This document shows, piece by piece, positions 10,415-19,664 of a stretch of 64,000 nt of DNA. This DNA is from Escherichia phage vB_EcoM-CHD16UKE1. Positions within the stretch are counted from its first letter, which is position 1, and each line of letters begins with the position of its first letter. Under the pieces are notes generated by a model. The model had not been told where the DNA came from. It was given only the letters and a program-made list of their open reading frames with translations, and made no database searches. The position numbers and the translations under genes were made by a program. The stretch is from sequence record MZ234030.1, one strand, 5' to 3'.

Positions 10415-11161
10415 ATGAAGCTGTCTAATAATCAAATTCGTAAAATTAAACGTCGTCTAGAGCATACTCAGGCATCTGCAAAAAGACGTTCTAAAGATTT
10501 TAACTTAGACTTCAATTACATTAAGAACATTTTAGATCAAAAAGTTTGTGCCTATTCAGGAGAACCTTTTGATAATCGTATTGAAGGAGAGAAATTATCA
10601 TTAGAACGTTTTGATAATAACGTTGGATACATTAAAGGGAATGTTATTGCAGTAAAGAAAAAGTATAATACATTTCGTTCTGATTATACTTTAGAGGAGT
10701 TGATTGAAAAGCGTGATTTATTTGCTTTGCGAATTGGTCGTTCATCTGCGAAAAAAGTTCATAAACTAAATTTAGATGAAAAGAAATGGGCTAAAATCAA
10801 AAAGACTTATAATCAAATTAAAGCTATACAGAAAAAACGTGAAAACCGAATTGAACACATTTCTCAGCTTTCTAAATCAAAACAGACCTCTGACATTAAG
10901 CTAAGGATTATAGCACTTAAAGCTCGTATTGATGGTTCTCGCATAGCAGAAGGCGCTGAAGTTGTTAAATTGAACGTTCTTCTTAAAGGCTCGGATTGGA
11001 AAATTGTGAAAAAGTTGTCAGAAGCAGAAATGCAATATGATATGTGTGATAAAATTATTCAAGGTGTAGAGCGGTATCAAAACTTGTCTTTTATTGATAA
11101 ACTTAAACTGAAAAGAGGATATCCGCTAAATTGTTCAATTTTTAAACTTATCCGAGGATAA
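10415..11161 (+). CDS. srd: Srd-like protein (position of T4 srd); contains a degenerate HNH-like SLERFDNNVGYIKGNV segment
   Basis: 248-aa basic ORF between modA and dda; assignment by position and size only. Confidence 0.4.
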   Translation: MKLSNNQIRKIKRRLEHTQASAKRRSKDFNLDFNYIKNILDQKVCAYSGEPFDNRIEGEKLSLERFDNNVGYIKGNVIAVKKKYNTFRSDYTLEELIEKRDLFALRIGRSSAKKVHKLNLDEKKWAKIKKTYNQIKAIQKKRENRIEHISQLSKSKQTSDIKLRIIALKARIDGSRIAEGAEVVKLNVLLKGSDWKIVKKLSEAEMQYDMCDKIIQGVERYQNLSFIDKLKLKRGYPLNCSIFKLIRG

Positions 11162-11162
11162 T

Positions 11163-11474
11163 ATGGTTTATGTATATGCGATAGTTTACCGAGACAAAGA
11201 CGGATTTACGGCGCCAGTTCCGCTTGATGAACATCGTCCTGCTGTATTTTTTGAATGGAATATTGCTGATAAAGTATTTACTACTCTTAAAGAGCAGTAT
11301 CGATTAGCTTTAGGTAAGGGAATTCCAAGATTAGTTGAGACTCCACGCAAGTTTTGGTTTAATAAAATAGAAGTTAAACATGTTAAGCCTGACGTAGACA
11401 CGCAAAGATTATATCAGCGAATTTTAGATACTGGGCGTATTGTTAGTATACCAATTGCAGGGAATTTACGATGA
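11163..11474 (+). CDS. Hypothetical protein (dda.1 position)
   Basis: 103-aa ORF, overlaps dda start. Confidence 0.45.
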   Translation: MVYVYAIVYRDKDGFTAPVPLDEHRPAVFFEWNIADKVFTTLKEQYRLALGKGIPRLVETPRKFWFNKIEVKHVKPDVDTQRLYQRILDTGRIVSIPIAGNLR

Positions 11475-12790
11475 CATTTGATGATTTGACCGAAGGCCAG
11501 AAAAATGCCTTTAACATCGTTATGAGGGCTATTAAAGAAAAGAAACATCATGTAACTATTAATGGACCTGCTGGTACTGGTAAGACTACTCTTACTAAGT
11601 TCATCATTGAAGCTTTAATATCAACAGGCGAAACTGGTATCATTTTGGCAGCTCCTACACATGCAGCTAAAAAGATTCTTTCAAAACTGTCGGGGAAAGA
11701 AGCGAGTACTATTCACAGTATTCTCAAAATTAACCCAGTTACGTATGAAGAAAACGTTCTTTTTGAACAGAAGGAAGTACCGGATTTAGCTAAATGCAGG
11801 GTATTAATCTGCGACGAAGTGTCAATGTATGATAGAAAGCTATTTAAAATTCTGCTTTCAACTATCCCGCCGTGGTGTACTATAATTGGAATAGGTGATA
11901 ATAAGCAAATTAGACCTGTTGATCCAGGAGAAAATACTGCTTATATCAGTCCATTCTTTACACACAAAGATTTTTATCAGTGTGAACTTACTGAAGTTAA
12001 ACGCAGTAATGCTCCTATTATTGATGTAGCTACTGATGTTCGCAACGGTAAGTGGATTTATGATAAAGTTGTTGACGGTCATGGAGTACGTGGATTTACT
12101 GGTGATACCGCTTTACGCGATTTTATGGTAAATTATTTTTCAATCGTCAAATCACTAGATGATTTGTTTGAAAATCGCGTAATGGCATTTACGAATAAAT
12201 CTGTTGACAAGTTAAATAGCATTATTCGTAAAAAGATTTTTGAAACTGATAAAGATTTTATTGTCGGTGAAATTATTGTAATGCAGGAACCATTAATTAA
12301 AACATATAAAATTGATGGAAAGCCTGTGTCAGAAATTATTTTTAATAACGGACAATTAGTTCGTATTATAGAAGCAGAGTATACATCGACGTTTGTTAAA
12401 GCTCGTGGTGTTCCTGGAGAATATCTAATTCGTCATTGGGATTTAACAGTAGAAACTTATGGCGATGATGAATATTATCGTGAAAAGATTAAAATAATTT
12501 CATCTGATGAAGAACTGTATAAGTTTAACCTATTTTTAGGTAAAACGGCAGAAACTTATAAAAATTGGAACAAAGGCGGAAAAGCTCCATGGAGTGATTT
12601 TTGGGATGCTAAATCACAGTTTAGTAAAGTGAAAGCACTTCCTGCATCAACATTCCATAAAGCACAGGGCATGTCTGTAGACCGTGCTTTCATTTATACG
12701 CCTTGTATTCATTATGCAGATGCTGAATTGGCTCAACAACTTCTTTATGTTGGTGTCACCCGTGGTCGTTATGATGTATTTTATGTGTGA
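11471..12790 (+). CDS. dda: Dda DNA helicase (SF1B)
   Basis: 439 aa; Walker A GPAGTGKTT; recalled as T4 Dda. Confidence 0.9.
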   Translation: MTFDDLTEGQKNAFNIVMRAIKEKKHHVTINGPAGTGKTTLTKFIIEALISTGETGIILAAPTHAAKKILSKLSGKEASTIHSILKINPVTYEENVLFEQKEVPDLAKCRVLICDEVSMYDRKLFKILLSTIPPWCTIIGIGDNKQIRPVDPGENTAYISPFFTHKDFYQCELTEVKRSNAPIIDVATDVRNGKWIYDKVVDGHGVRGFTGDTALRDFMVNYFSIVKSLDDLFENRVMAFTNKSVDKLNSIIRKKIFETDKDFIVGEIIVMQEPLIKTYKIDGKPVSEIIFNNGQLVRIIEAEYTSTFVKARGVPGEYLIRHWDLTVETYGDDEYYREKIKIISSDEELYKFNLFLGKTAETYKNWNKGGKAPWSDFWDAKSQFSKVKALPASTFHKAQGMSVDRAFIYTPCIHYADAELAQQLLYVGVTRGRYDVFYV

Positions 12791-12796
12791 GGATAT

Positions 12797-13057
12797 ATGA
12801 TTAACATCAATTCAAAATATTTAAATCGTCTAATAGATGGTATAAGGAAGCATACTAATAAGCAAGATAATCTTAATGTTATGGTAACAGGAGCTGAGCT
12901 CCTTCATAAGCTTTATCTTATAAGTGATACTATATTAGCAATTAAACGAATTGAAAAACAATCATATCACAGTAATACAGATACGGTAATTACACTAGAT
13001 GAAAGTGTTTGTAAATTACTGATTAAATTTGAGGAAGCTATTCGTGGAAATAACTAA
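12797..13057 (+). CDS. Hypothetical protein
   Basis: 86-aa ORF. Confidence 0.4.
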   Translation: MININSKYLNRLIDGIRKHTNKQDNLNVMVTGAELLHKLYLISDTILAIKRIEKQSYHSNTDTVITLDESVCKLLIKFEEAIRGNN

Positions 13058-13289
13058 AGATCAGTTTTATCTTCTTCAAGATAAAGTAAGCGAAATTTAT
13101 GAAATTGCTTATAGCAAAAATCGTGAAACTGTAAAAATAGAATCTAGTAAGTTGATGCTTCAATTAGAAGAAATTGAACGAGATTTAATTGCGTTAGAAT
13201 TCTTTTGTGGTGAAGTTAAAACTGTTACAATCAATGATTACGTTTTAGGCGAAATTAGCTATCTTTATAAGGCGATTATTAATGATTGA
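13029..13289 (+). CDS. Hypothetical protein
   Basis: 86-aa ORF (track start probably non-ATG). Confidence 0.35.
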   Translation: MRKLFVEITKDQFYLLQDKVSEIYEIAYSKNRETVKIESSKLMLQLEEIERDLIALEFFCGEVKTVTINDYVLGEISYLYKAIIND

Positions 13290-13524
13290 ATTAAGTTGGT
13301 ACCAATTTAAATCTCTTATGACAAATGTTAAAGCTGTCATTGAAGAAAATCCGGGTCCTGAAAATATTACTATTCGCGAAAAAGCTTTAAAGATAGTATA
13401 CAGTCTTGAAGAAATACAAAAAGATATTGAATCTATGGCAAAATTTATTGATGAGCCTATCAATAAAGTTTATATTCAAGACTATACTGTAGGTCAAATT
13501 CGTGATTTAGCGAGGAAAATTTAA
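13282..13524 (+). CDS. Hypothetical protein
   Basis: 80-aa ORF, ATGA overlap with dexA start. Confidence 0.4.
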   Translation: MIELSWYQFKSLMTNVKAVIEENPGPENITIREKALKIVYSLEEIQKDIESMAKFIDEPINKVYIQDYTVGQIRDLARKI

Positions 13525-14207
13525 TGTTTGATTTTATTATAGATTTTGAAACAATGGGAAGCGGTGAAAAAGCAGCTGTTATTGATTTGGCTGTAATTGC
13601 TTTTGACCCTAACCCAGAAGTAGTTGAAACATTTGATGAATTAGTTTCACGCGGCATTAAAATCAAATTTGATTTAAAAAGCCAAAAAGGACATCGTCTT
13701 TTTACTAAAAGCACTATCGAATGGTGGAAGAATCAATCTCCTGAAGCTCGAAAAAATATTGCACCATCAGATGAAGATGTAAGCACTATCGATGGTATTG
13801 CAAAATTTAATGATTACATCAATGCACATAATATCGATCCTTGGAAATCTCAAGGCTGGTGCCGTGGAATGTCGTTTGATTTTCCAATTTTAGTCGATCT
13901 CATTCGTGATATTCAACGTCTTAATGGTGTTTCTGAGAATGAGCTTGACACATTTAAGTTAGAACCATGTAAATTCTGGAATCAGCGTGATATTCGTACC
14001 AGAATTGAAGCACTTCTCCTTGTTCGTGATATGACCACTTGTCCTCTTCCAAAGGGAACTTTAGATGGATTCGTTGCACATGATTCTATTCATGACTGTG
14101 CGAAAGACATCTTGATGATGAAGTATGCTTTGCGCTATGCTATGGGTCTTGAAGACGCTCCATCAGAGGAAGAATGCGATCCTCTATCTCTTCCAACAAA
14201 ACGATAA
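13524..14207 (+). CDS. dexA: Exonuclease A (DnaQ-like 3'-5' exonuclease)
   Basis: 227 aa; DFET exonuclease motif near N-terminus (IIDFETMG); position after dda. Confidence 0.8.
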   Translation: MFDFIIDFETMGSGEKAAVIDLAVIAFDPNPEVVETFDELVSRGIKIKFDLKSQKGHRLFTKSTIEWWKNQSPEARKNIAPSDEDVSTIDGIAKFNDYINAHNIDPWKSQGWCRGMSFDFPILVDLIRDIQRLNGVSENELDTFKLEPCKFWNQRDIRTRIEALLLVRDMTTCPLPKGTLDGFVAHDSIHDCAKDILMMKYALRYAMGLEDAPSEEECDPLSLPTKR

Positions 14208-14213
14208 AAAGTT

Positions 14214-14243
14214 ATTTACTTCCTCGGTTAGTTGTGGTATTAT
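14214..14243 (+). promoter_or_regulatory. T4-type early promoter
   Basis: ATTTAC/GTTATTTAC then TGGTATTAT. Confidence 0.5.
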
Positions 14244-14270
14244 AACACCATAGCTACTGAGGATAATAAA

Positions 14271-14771
14271 ATGAAAATTTATCGTGTTGAATCATCGTTT
14301 AGTATTCTTGATTATGAAGATGCTATAATAATACGTCGAAATCTTTGTGTTCAAATAACGCCGTACAGGAGTATAATAGATTCATGGAGCGAAGAGTGGC
14401 TATTACACGTAGGTTATGACAGACCTAATTTTATGCATCATAGCGATAATAATAAAAGAATTCCTTTACCACACGAAGATAAACTATTAGTTAAAAACGC
14501 TAATATAGTAATTAATACTAAGTTCAAGAAAGATTATGTTGGAGTAGAATATCATATTCCAGGATGGTTTATAGGTCTTTATCATTTTGCTTTCGCTAGT
14601 GAATATGATATGATGAGATGGTTCACACGAGAAGAGCGGGAAGAATTATCTTCTAAAGGATTTTATCTCGCTGTATACGAAGTTCCTGAAGATGAAGTTA
14701 TCATTGGTGGGCACCAAGTAATGTTCCGCAAATCGCATGCTGAACTCGTAGATTTTATTGAAATGAGATAA
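14271..14771 (+). CDS. Hypothetical protein
   Basis: 166 aa from ATG 14271 after RBS GAGGA (track start lies inside the promoter). Confidence 0.5.
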   Translation: MKIYRVESSFSILDYEDAIIIRRNLCVQITPYRSIIDSWSEEWLLHVGYDRPNFMHHSDNNKRIPLPHEDKLLVKNANIVINTKFKKDYVGVEYHIPGWFIGLYHFAFASEYDMMRWFTREEREELSSKGFYLAVYEVPEDEVIIGGHQVMFRKSHAELVDFIEMR

Positions 14772-14773
14772 TT

Positions 14774-15319
14774 ATGAAATTTAATTATAATCCTGAATAC
14801 ATACCAAATCCGGTAGCTAAACTGATTGATTTTGATGTTGTAAGCACTTATGTATGCCCTGTTAAACCACTGGAAATTAAGGAACCTACTATGACTACCG
14901 CTATTGAAATCGGCAAAACCTACAAACTGGTTGAACCTAAAATTAAAACTAATGCCTTGATTTCTGGTCATAAAACTCTGACTGATGTTTTTGGCGAAGG
15001 CGAATTTATTGTTGAAGAATTTGCCAAAAGTGAGTGGTTTGACAAATCTTACGTCATCCACGGTCGCCGGTTAGATAATAACAAAATAAAGAAAAACCTG
15101 GTTTATGAAGATGAGTTCATCCTGTTCCAAGAAGTTGAAGAACAAGACCCTACAGACCTGTTGTGTGCTGCTGTGTCTATCCGTCGTCCTTTTGATAATC
15201 CTATCTGTGGTTGGGTAACAGACCAGTGGATTGAAGATGGTGTTGAGCTTCTGAACGTTGTCCATGCAGGAGATTTTAGTGTAGTACCTCGTAGTGCGGT
15301 GGTAGCTATTTTGAATTAA
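14774..15319 (+). CDS. Hypothetical protein, paralogue of the next gene (shared C-terminal TDQW[IV]EDGV motif)
   Basis: 181-aa ORF. Confidence 0.5.
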   Translation: MKFNYNPEYIPNPVAKLIDFDVVSTYVCPVKPLEIKEPTMTTAIEIGKTYKLVEPKIKTNALISGHKTLTDVFGEGEFIVEEFAKSEWFDKSYVIHGRRLDNNKIKKNLVYEDEFILFQEVEEQDPTDLLCAAVSIRRPFDNPICGWVTDQWIEDGVELLNVVHAGDFSVVPRSAVVAILN

Positions 15320-15321
15320 TA

Positions 15322-15351
15322 GTTTACAAACTCTTGGGACCAGAGTATAAT
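15322..15351 (+). promoter_or_regulatory. T4-type early promoter
   Basis: GTTTAC 15322-15327, TATAAT 15346-15351. Confidence 0.6.
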
Positions 15352-15395
15352 GGTCCTGTGGAGTATAAAATCTTTTTAACAAGTGAGAGATAATT

Positions 15396-15887
15396 ATGAA
15401 TATTAATATCGGTGAAATTGCTCGTGTATCTGATAAATCCCGTTCTAAAGCAGCAGGAAAATTGGTCGAAGTTGTAAGCATTCAGCTTAAACACGGTGTT
15501 AAAGATGAAGATTCTGAAGTAAAAGTACGTATCATTGCTAAAGATGGAATGTCTAAGCCCCAGTTTGGTTATGTTCGATGGAAATTTCTTGAGCCTGCGT
15601 TTTTGAAAGCTGTTCCTGCTAAAGGAATTGAAACGATTGATACTTCGCATGTAGGTGTAGACTTTAAGTGGAAACTTGGTCAAGCTATCAAGTTCATTGC
15701 TCCTTATGAGTTTGAATTTACCGAAGGTGGACAACCACTTCCTCAGCGTACTCGCGCTATGTGTGCATACATTACTGATCAATGGGTAGAAGATGGCGTT
15801 AAGTTATACAACGCGGTATTTTTAGGAACATACAAAGTCATTCCTGAAAGTTGGATTAAACACTACAGCAAAGCTCGCTATGCATAA
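15396..15887 (+). CDS. motB: MotB-like protein (163 aa)
   Basis: Size and position match T4 motB; shares a motif with upstream paralogue. Confidence 0.45.
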   Translation: MNINIGEIARVSDKSRSKAAGKLVEVVSIQLKHGVKDEDSEVKVRIIAKDGMSKPQFGYVRWKFLEPAFLKAVPAKGIETIDTSHVGVDFKWKLGQAIKFIAPYEFEFTEGGQPLPQRTRAMCAYITDQWVEDGVKLYNAVFLGTYKVIPESWIKHYSKARYA

Positions 15888-16058
15888 AGTTTAAAATTTT
15901 TTCATAAAACTATATACATCAGTAGTTGATTATGGTACTATATCAATATCAACTACTGATACAGAAAACAACTTGAAGAATAAAATGGATAATTCGTTAA
16001 AGGTGCGCTGATACTCTTCTGAAACGCATCGCTCCAATGTTCAATTAATGAGGAAATT

Positions 16059-16277
16059 ATGATGAAACGTAAAATTGTTCAGAATTGCACTAATGATGAA
16101 TTTGAAGATGTATTATTCGATCCAGATTTGGTAGTAGTTCAAAAGGAACACACTGCTAAGTTTACTCACTTGACTTCGGTTTATGTGTATGAAAAGGTTG
16201 GGGATAAACAACCAATTTACGGTGTATTTCGTGAAATCACTGAAGATGGCACAACTTACTGGAAGGAAATTTATTAA
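16059..16277 (+). CDS. Hypothetical protein (cef position)
   Basis: 72-aa ORF. Confidence 0.4.
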   Translation: MMKRKIVQNCTNDEFEDVLFDPDLVVVQKEHTAKFTHLTSVYVYEKVGDKQPIYGVFREITEDGTTYWKEIY

Positions 16278-16690
16278 TGGCTATTAGATTTGAAGTTAAT
16301 AAATGGTATCAATTTAAAAATAAACAAGCTCAAGAAAATTTTATTAAAGACCATACTGATAACGGAATCTATGCACGCCGTTTAGGTATGCATCCTTTTA
16401 AAATTTTAGATGTGGATGCTCTTGGGCGTCCTATTAAAATTATGTCATTTGCTGGAAATTTAGTACTATCTTCTGGTAAAGATATTTTGGATGAAGATTT
16501 TATTTGGCTTTCATCGAATGAAGCTGAATTTTTTGATGAAGTTGAAAATCCATACCAGGCGGCTGAAGAGCAGGAAGAATCTGCACCGATAACTGATCAA
16601 TCTAAATTCCCTGTAATGAAAGTTACTATTGAAAATGATGAACAGGCATGGTCCTTGTATCAGATGTTGAAAGCTCACTTTAAGGAATAA
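16277..16690 (+). CDS. Hypothetical acidic protein (goF position)
   Basis: 137-aa ORF, ATGG overlap. Confidence 0.4.
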   Translation: MAIRFEVNKWYQFKNKQAQENFIKDHTDNGIYARRLGMHPFKILDVDALGRPIKIMSFAGNLVLSSGKDILDEDFIWLSSNEAEFFDEVENPYQAAEEQEESAPITDQSKFPVMKVTIENDEQAWSLYQMLKAHFKE

Positions 16691-16692
16691 TT

Positions 16693-16869
16693 ATGCCGCT
16701 TTATGATTATAAATGTCAATCAAAAGACTGCGCAAAAGAATACGAAAAAATCAAGAAAATTTCTGAAAGAGATACTGATGTATGTCCTGATTGTCATCGG
16801 ATTGCTATTCGGTTAGTCTCTGCCCCTAAGCATGTGAATGGCGGATTTTACGACTTACTTAAAGGGTAA
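16693..16869 (+). CDS. FmdB-family zinc-ribbon protein
   Basis: 58 aa; YDYKCQSKDC...CPDC motif. Confidence 0.5.
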   Translation: MPLYDYKCQSKDCAKEYEKIKKISERDTDVCPDCHRIAIRLVSAPKHVNGGFYDLLKG

Positions 16870-16871
16870 TT

Positions 16872-17243
16872 ATGTTTAAAATCGGTAAGAAATATCGCAT
16901 TCGCGAAGGTGAAGAAAAGAAATATCTATTTTCTGCTATTTATAGGAATGGTTCTATTAATGCTGTAATATCTACAAGCGAATTTATCGTTGAAGATATG
17001 AAAGGTAATAATGTTACAATGATTAGTACAGCATCTGGAAATGACGGAAAAATTCTTCACAGTTTTCAGAGTAATGTTCTAATTTATGATGAAGAATTTG
17101 ACTTCTTCGAAGAAGTTCCCGAAGGTTTTGCTTTTGAATGCACTATCACTATGAAATCTGGTGACCCTCTTTCTTTTACAGTTAAAGATGAAGGAAGTCG
17201 CTTGAGAATTATTAGTCTTCTTCAAGCCATTAAATTTAAGTGA
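16872..17243 (+). CDS. Hypothetical protein
   Basis: 123-aa ORF. Confidence 0.45.
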   Translation: MFKIGKKYRIREGEEKKYLFSAIYRNGSINAVISTSEFIVEDMKGNNVTMISTASGNDGKILHSFQSNVLIYDEEFDFFEEVPEGFAFECTITMKSGDPLSFTVKDEGSRLRIISLLQAIKFK

Positions 17244-17509
17244 AAATTATGAAATATATTAATCGTTCTATCGCGGCATTAGTATTAGCAGTGTCTTTAA
17301 TAGGATGTACTGATGCTGATAATGCAACCAAAGTTTTGTCTTCAAGTGGTTTTACTAATATTGAAATCACTGGATATAATTGGTTCGGTTGCTCTGAAAA
17401 TGATTTCCAGCATACTGGATTTCGTGCTATTGGACCTACCGGGCAGAAAGTAGAAGGAACAGTATGTTCTGGACTATTCTTCAAGGATTCGACTATTCGT
17501 TTTAAATAA
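17240..17509 (+). CDS. Putative lipoprotein
   Basis: 89 aa; signal peptide with lipobox LIGC. Confidence 0.5.
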   Translation: MKIMKYINRSIAALVLAVSLIGCTDADNATKVLSSSGFTNIEITGYNWFGCSENDFQHTGFRAIGPTGQKVEGTVCSGLFFKDSTIRFK

Positions 17510-17530
17510 AAGGCCTTCGGGCCTTTAGCT
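17510..17530 (+). terminator. Hairpin terminator
   Basis: AAGGCCTTCGGGCCTT hairpin after lipoprotein gene; weak T-tract. Confidence 0.5.
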
Positions 17531-17578
17531 TTATGATTACCGGAGTATAATATTCCCGAAACCAAACGAGGATAAGTG

Positions 17579-19396
17579 ATGATTAAGAATGAAATTAAAA
17601 TTCTGAGCGATATTGAACATATCAAAAAGCGTAGCGGCATGTATATTGGCTCTTCTGCTAATGAAATGCATGAGCGCTTTCTGTTTGGTAAATGGGAAAG
17701 TGTTCAGTATGTACCTGGTCTTGTTAAGCTTATTGATGAAATTATCGATAACTCAGTAGATGAAGGTATTCGTACTAAGTTTAAATTCGCAAATAAAATT
17801 AATGTTACTATTAAAAACAATCAAGTAACAGTTGAAGATAACGGTCGCGGTATTCCACAAGCGATGGTCAAAACACCTACCGGTGAAGAAATTCCTGGTC
17901 CTGTTGCTGCATGGACTATTCCAAAAGCAGGTGGTAACTTCGGTGATGATAAAGAACGCGTCACCGGTGGTATGAATGGTGTTGGTTCTAGTTTGACAAA
18001 CATTTTTTCTGTGATGTTTGTCGGTGAAACTGGTGATGGTCAAAATAATATTGTAGTTCGTTGTTCAAATGGCATGGAAAATAAATCATGGGAAACTATT
18101 CCAGGAAAATGGAAAGGAACTCGCGTTACTTTCATTCCTGATTTTATGTCATTTGAAACTAATGAGCTGTCCCAAGTTTATCTTGACATTACACTAGATC
18201 GTCTCCAGACACTTGCAGTAGTTTATCCTGATATTCAATTTACCTTTAATGGTAAAAAGGTTCAGGGCAATTTTAAGAAATATGCACGCCAATATGATGA
18301 GCATGCTATCGTTCAAGAACAAGAAAATTGCTCTATTGCGGTTGGTCGTTCACCGGATGGTTTTCGTCAATTAACTTATGTGAATAACATTCACACTAAG
18401 AATGGTGGCCATCACATTGACTGTGTTATGGATGATATTTGTGAAGACCTTATTCCACAAATCAAACGTAAGTTCAAAATTGATGTGACTAAAGCACGCG
18501 TTAAAGAATGTTTGACTATCGTTATGTTTGTCCGTGATATGAAAAACATGCGATTTGATTCTCAAACTAAAGAGCGTTTGACTTCTCCATTTGGTGAAAT
18601 CCGTAGTCATATTCAACTTGATGCTAAAAAGATTTCACGTGCTATTCTAAATAATGAAGCAATTCTAATGCCGATTATTGAAGCTGCTTTGGCTCGTAAA
18701 TTAGCGGCAGAAAAAGCAGCAGAAACTAAAGCAGCTAAAAAGGCTTCTAAAGCTAAGGTTCATAAACATATTAAAGCGAATCTTTGTGGTAAAGATGCTG
18801 ATACTACTCTTTTCTTGACTGAGGGTGATTCGGCTATCGGATATCTTATTGATGTTCGTGATAAAGAACTTCACGGTGGTTATCCATTACGTGGTAAAGT
18901 TCTCAACAGTTGGGGTATGTCATATGCTGACATGCTTAAAAACAAAGAACTGTTTGATATTTGCGCAATCACTGGATTAGTTCTTGGTGAAAAAGCTGAA
19001 AACTTGAATTATCATAATATTGCTATTATGACCGATGCTGACCATGATGGTCTAGGAAGCATTTATCCTTCTCTGCTCGGGTTTTTTAGTAATTGGCCAG
19101 AATTGTTTGAGCAAGGACGAATTCGCTTTGTCAAAACTCCTGTAATCATCGCTCAGGTCGGTAAAAAACAAGAATGGTTTTATACAGTCGCTGAATATGA
19201 GAGTGCCAAAGATGCTCTACCTAAACATAGCATCCGTTATATTAAAGGACTTGGCTCTTTGGAAAAATCTGAATATCGTGAGATGATTCAAAACCCAGTA
19301 TATGATGTTGTTAAACTTCCTGAGAACTGGAAAGAGCTTTTTGAAATGCTCATGGGAGATAATGCTGACCTTCGTAAAGAATGGATGAGCCAGTAG
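17579..19396 (+). CDS. 39: DNA topoisomerase II large subunit (GyrB-like ATPase + TOPRIM), unsplit
   Basis: 605 aa from ATG 17579; GHKL ATPase and TOPRIM (LTEGDSA) in one ORF. Confidence 0.9.
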   Translation: MIKNEIKILSDIEHIKKRSGMYIGSSANEMHERFLFGKWESVQYVPGLVKLIDEIIDNSVDEGIRTKFKFANKINVTIKNNQVTVEDNGRGIPQAMVKTPTGEEIPGPVAAWTIPKAGGNFGDDKERVTGGMNGVGSSLTNIFSVMFVGETGDGQNNIVVRCSNGMENKSWETIPGKWKGTRVTFIPDFMSFETNELSQVYLDITLDRLQTLAVVYPDIQFTFNGKKVQGNFKKYARQYDEHAIVQEQENCSIAVGRSPDGFRQLTYVNNIHTKNGGHHIDCVMDDICEDLIPQIKRKFKIDVTKARVKECLTIVMFVRDMKNMRFDSQTKERLTSPFGEIRSHIQLDAKKISRAILNNEAILMPIIEAALARKLAAEKAAETKAAKKASKAKVHKHIKANLCGKDADTTLFLTEGDSAIGYLIDVRDKELHGGYPLRGKVLNSWGMSYADMLKNKELFDICAITGLVLGEKAENLNYHNIAIMTDADHDGLGSIYPSLLGFFSNWPELFEQGRIRFVKTPVIIAQVGKKQEWFYTVAEYESAKDALPKHSIRYIKGLGSLEKSEYREMIQNPVYDVVKLPENWKELFEMLMGDNADLRKEWMSQ

Positions 19397-19425
19397 TTTA
19401 CTTTACCACAAGGATGTGGTATAAT
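19396..19425 (+). promoter_or_regulatory. T4-type early promoter
   Basis: GTTTAC 19396-19401, TATAAT 19420-19425. Confidence 0.6.
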
Positions 19426-19450
19426 TAATTGGGCAAATGAGGATATTGAA

Positions 19451-19654
19451 ATGAAATCATATAAAGTAAATTTAGAACTTTTTGATAAAGCAGTTCATCG
19501 AGAATATAGAATCATTCAACGCTTTTTCGATATGGGAGAAGCCGAAGAATTTAAAAACCGCTTTAAGGATATTAGAGATAAAATTCAATCCGATACCGCA
19601 ACTAAAGATGAACTACTAGAAGTTGCCGAAGTTATTAAACGTAATATGAATTAA
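19451..19654 (+). CDS. Hypothetical protein (rIIA.1 position)
   Basis: 67-aa ORF. Confidence 0.45.
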   Translation: MKSYKVNLELFDKAVHREYRIIQRFFDMGEAEEFKNRFKDIRDKIQSDTATKDELLEVAEVIKRNMN

Positions 19655-19664
19655 TGAGGAAATT

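Noticed and set aside
17576-19396. Possible gene 60-style split or translational bypass in the topoisomerase gene
   Set aside because: The ORF is continuous across ATPase and TOPRIM regions; no inserted segment or mobA-like gene present
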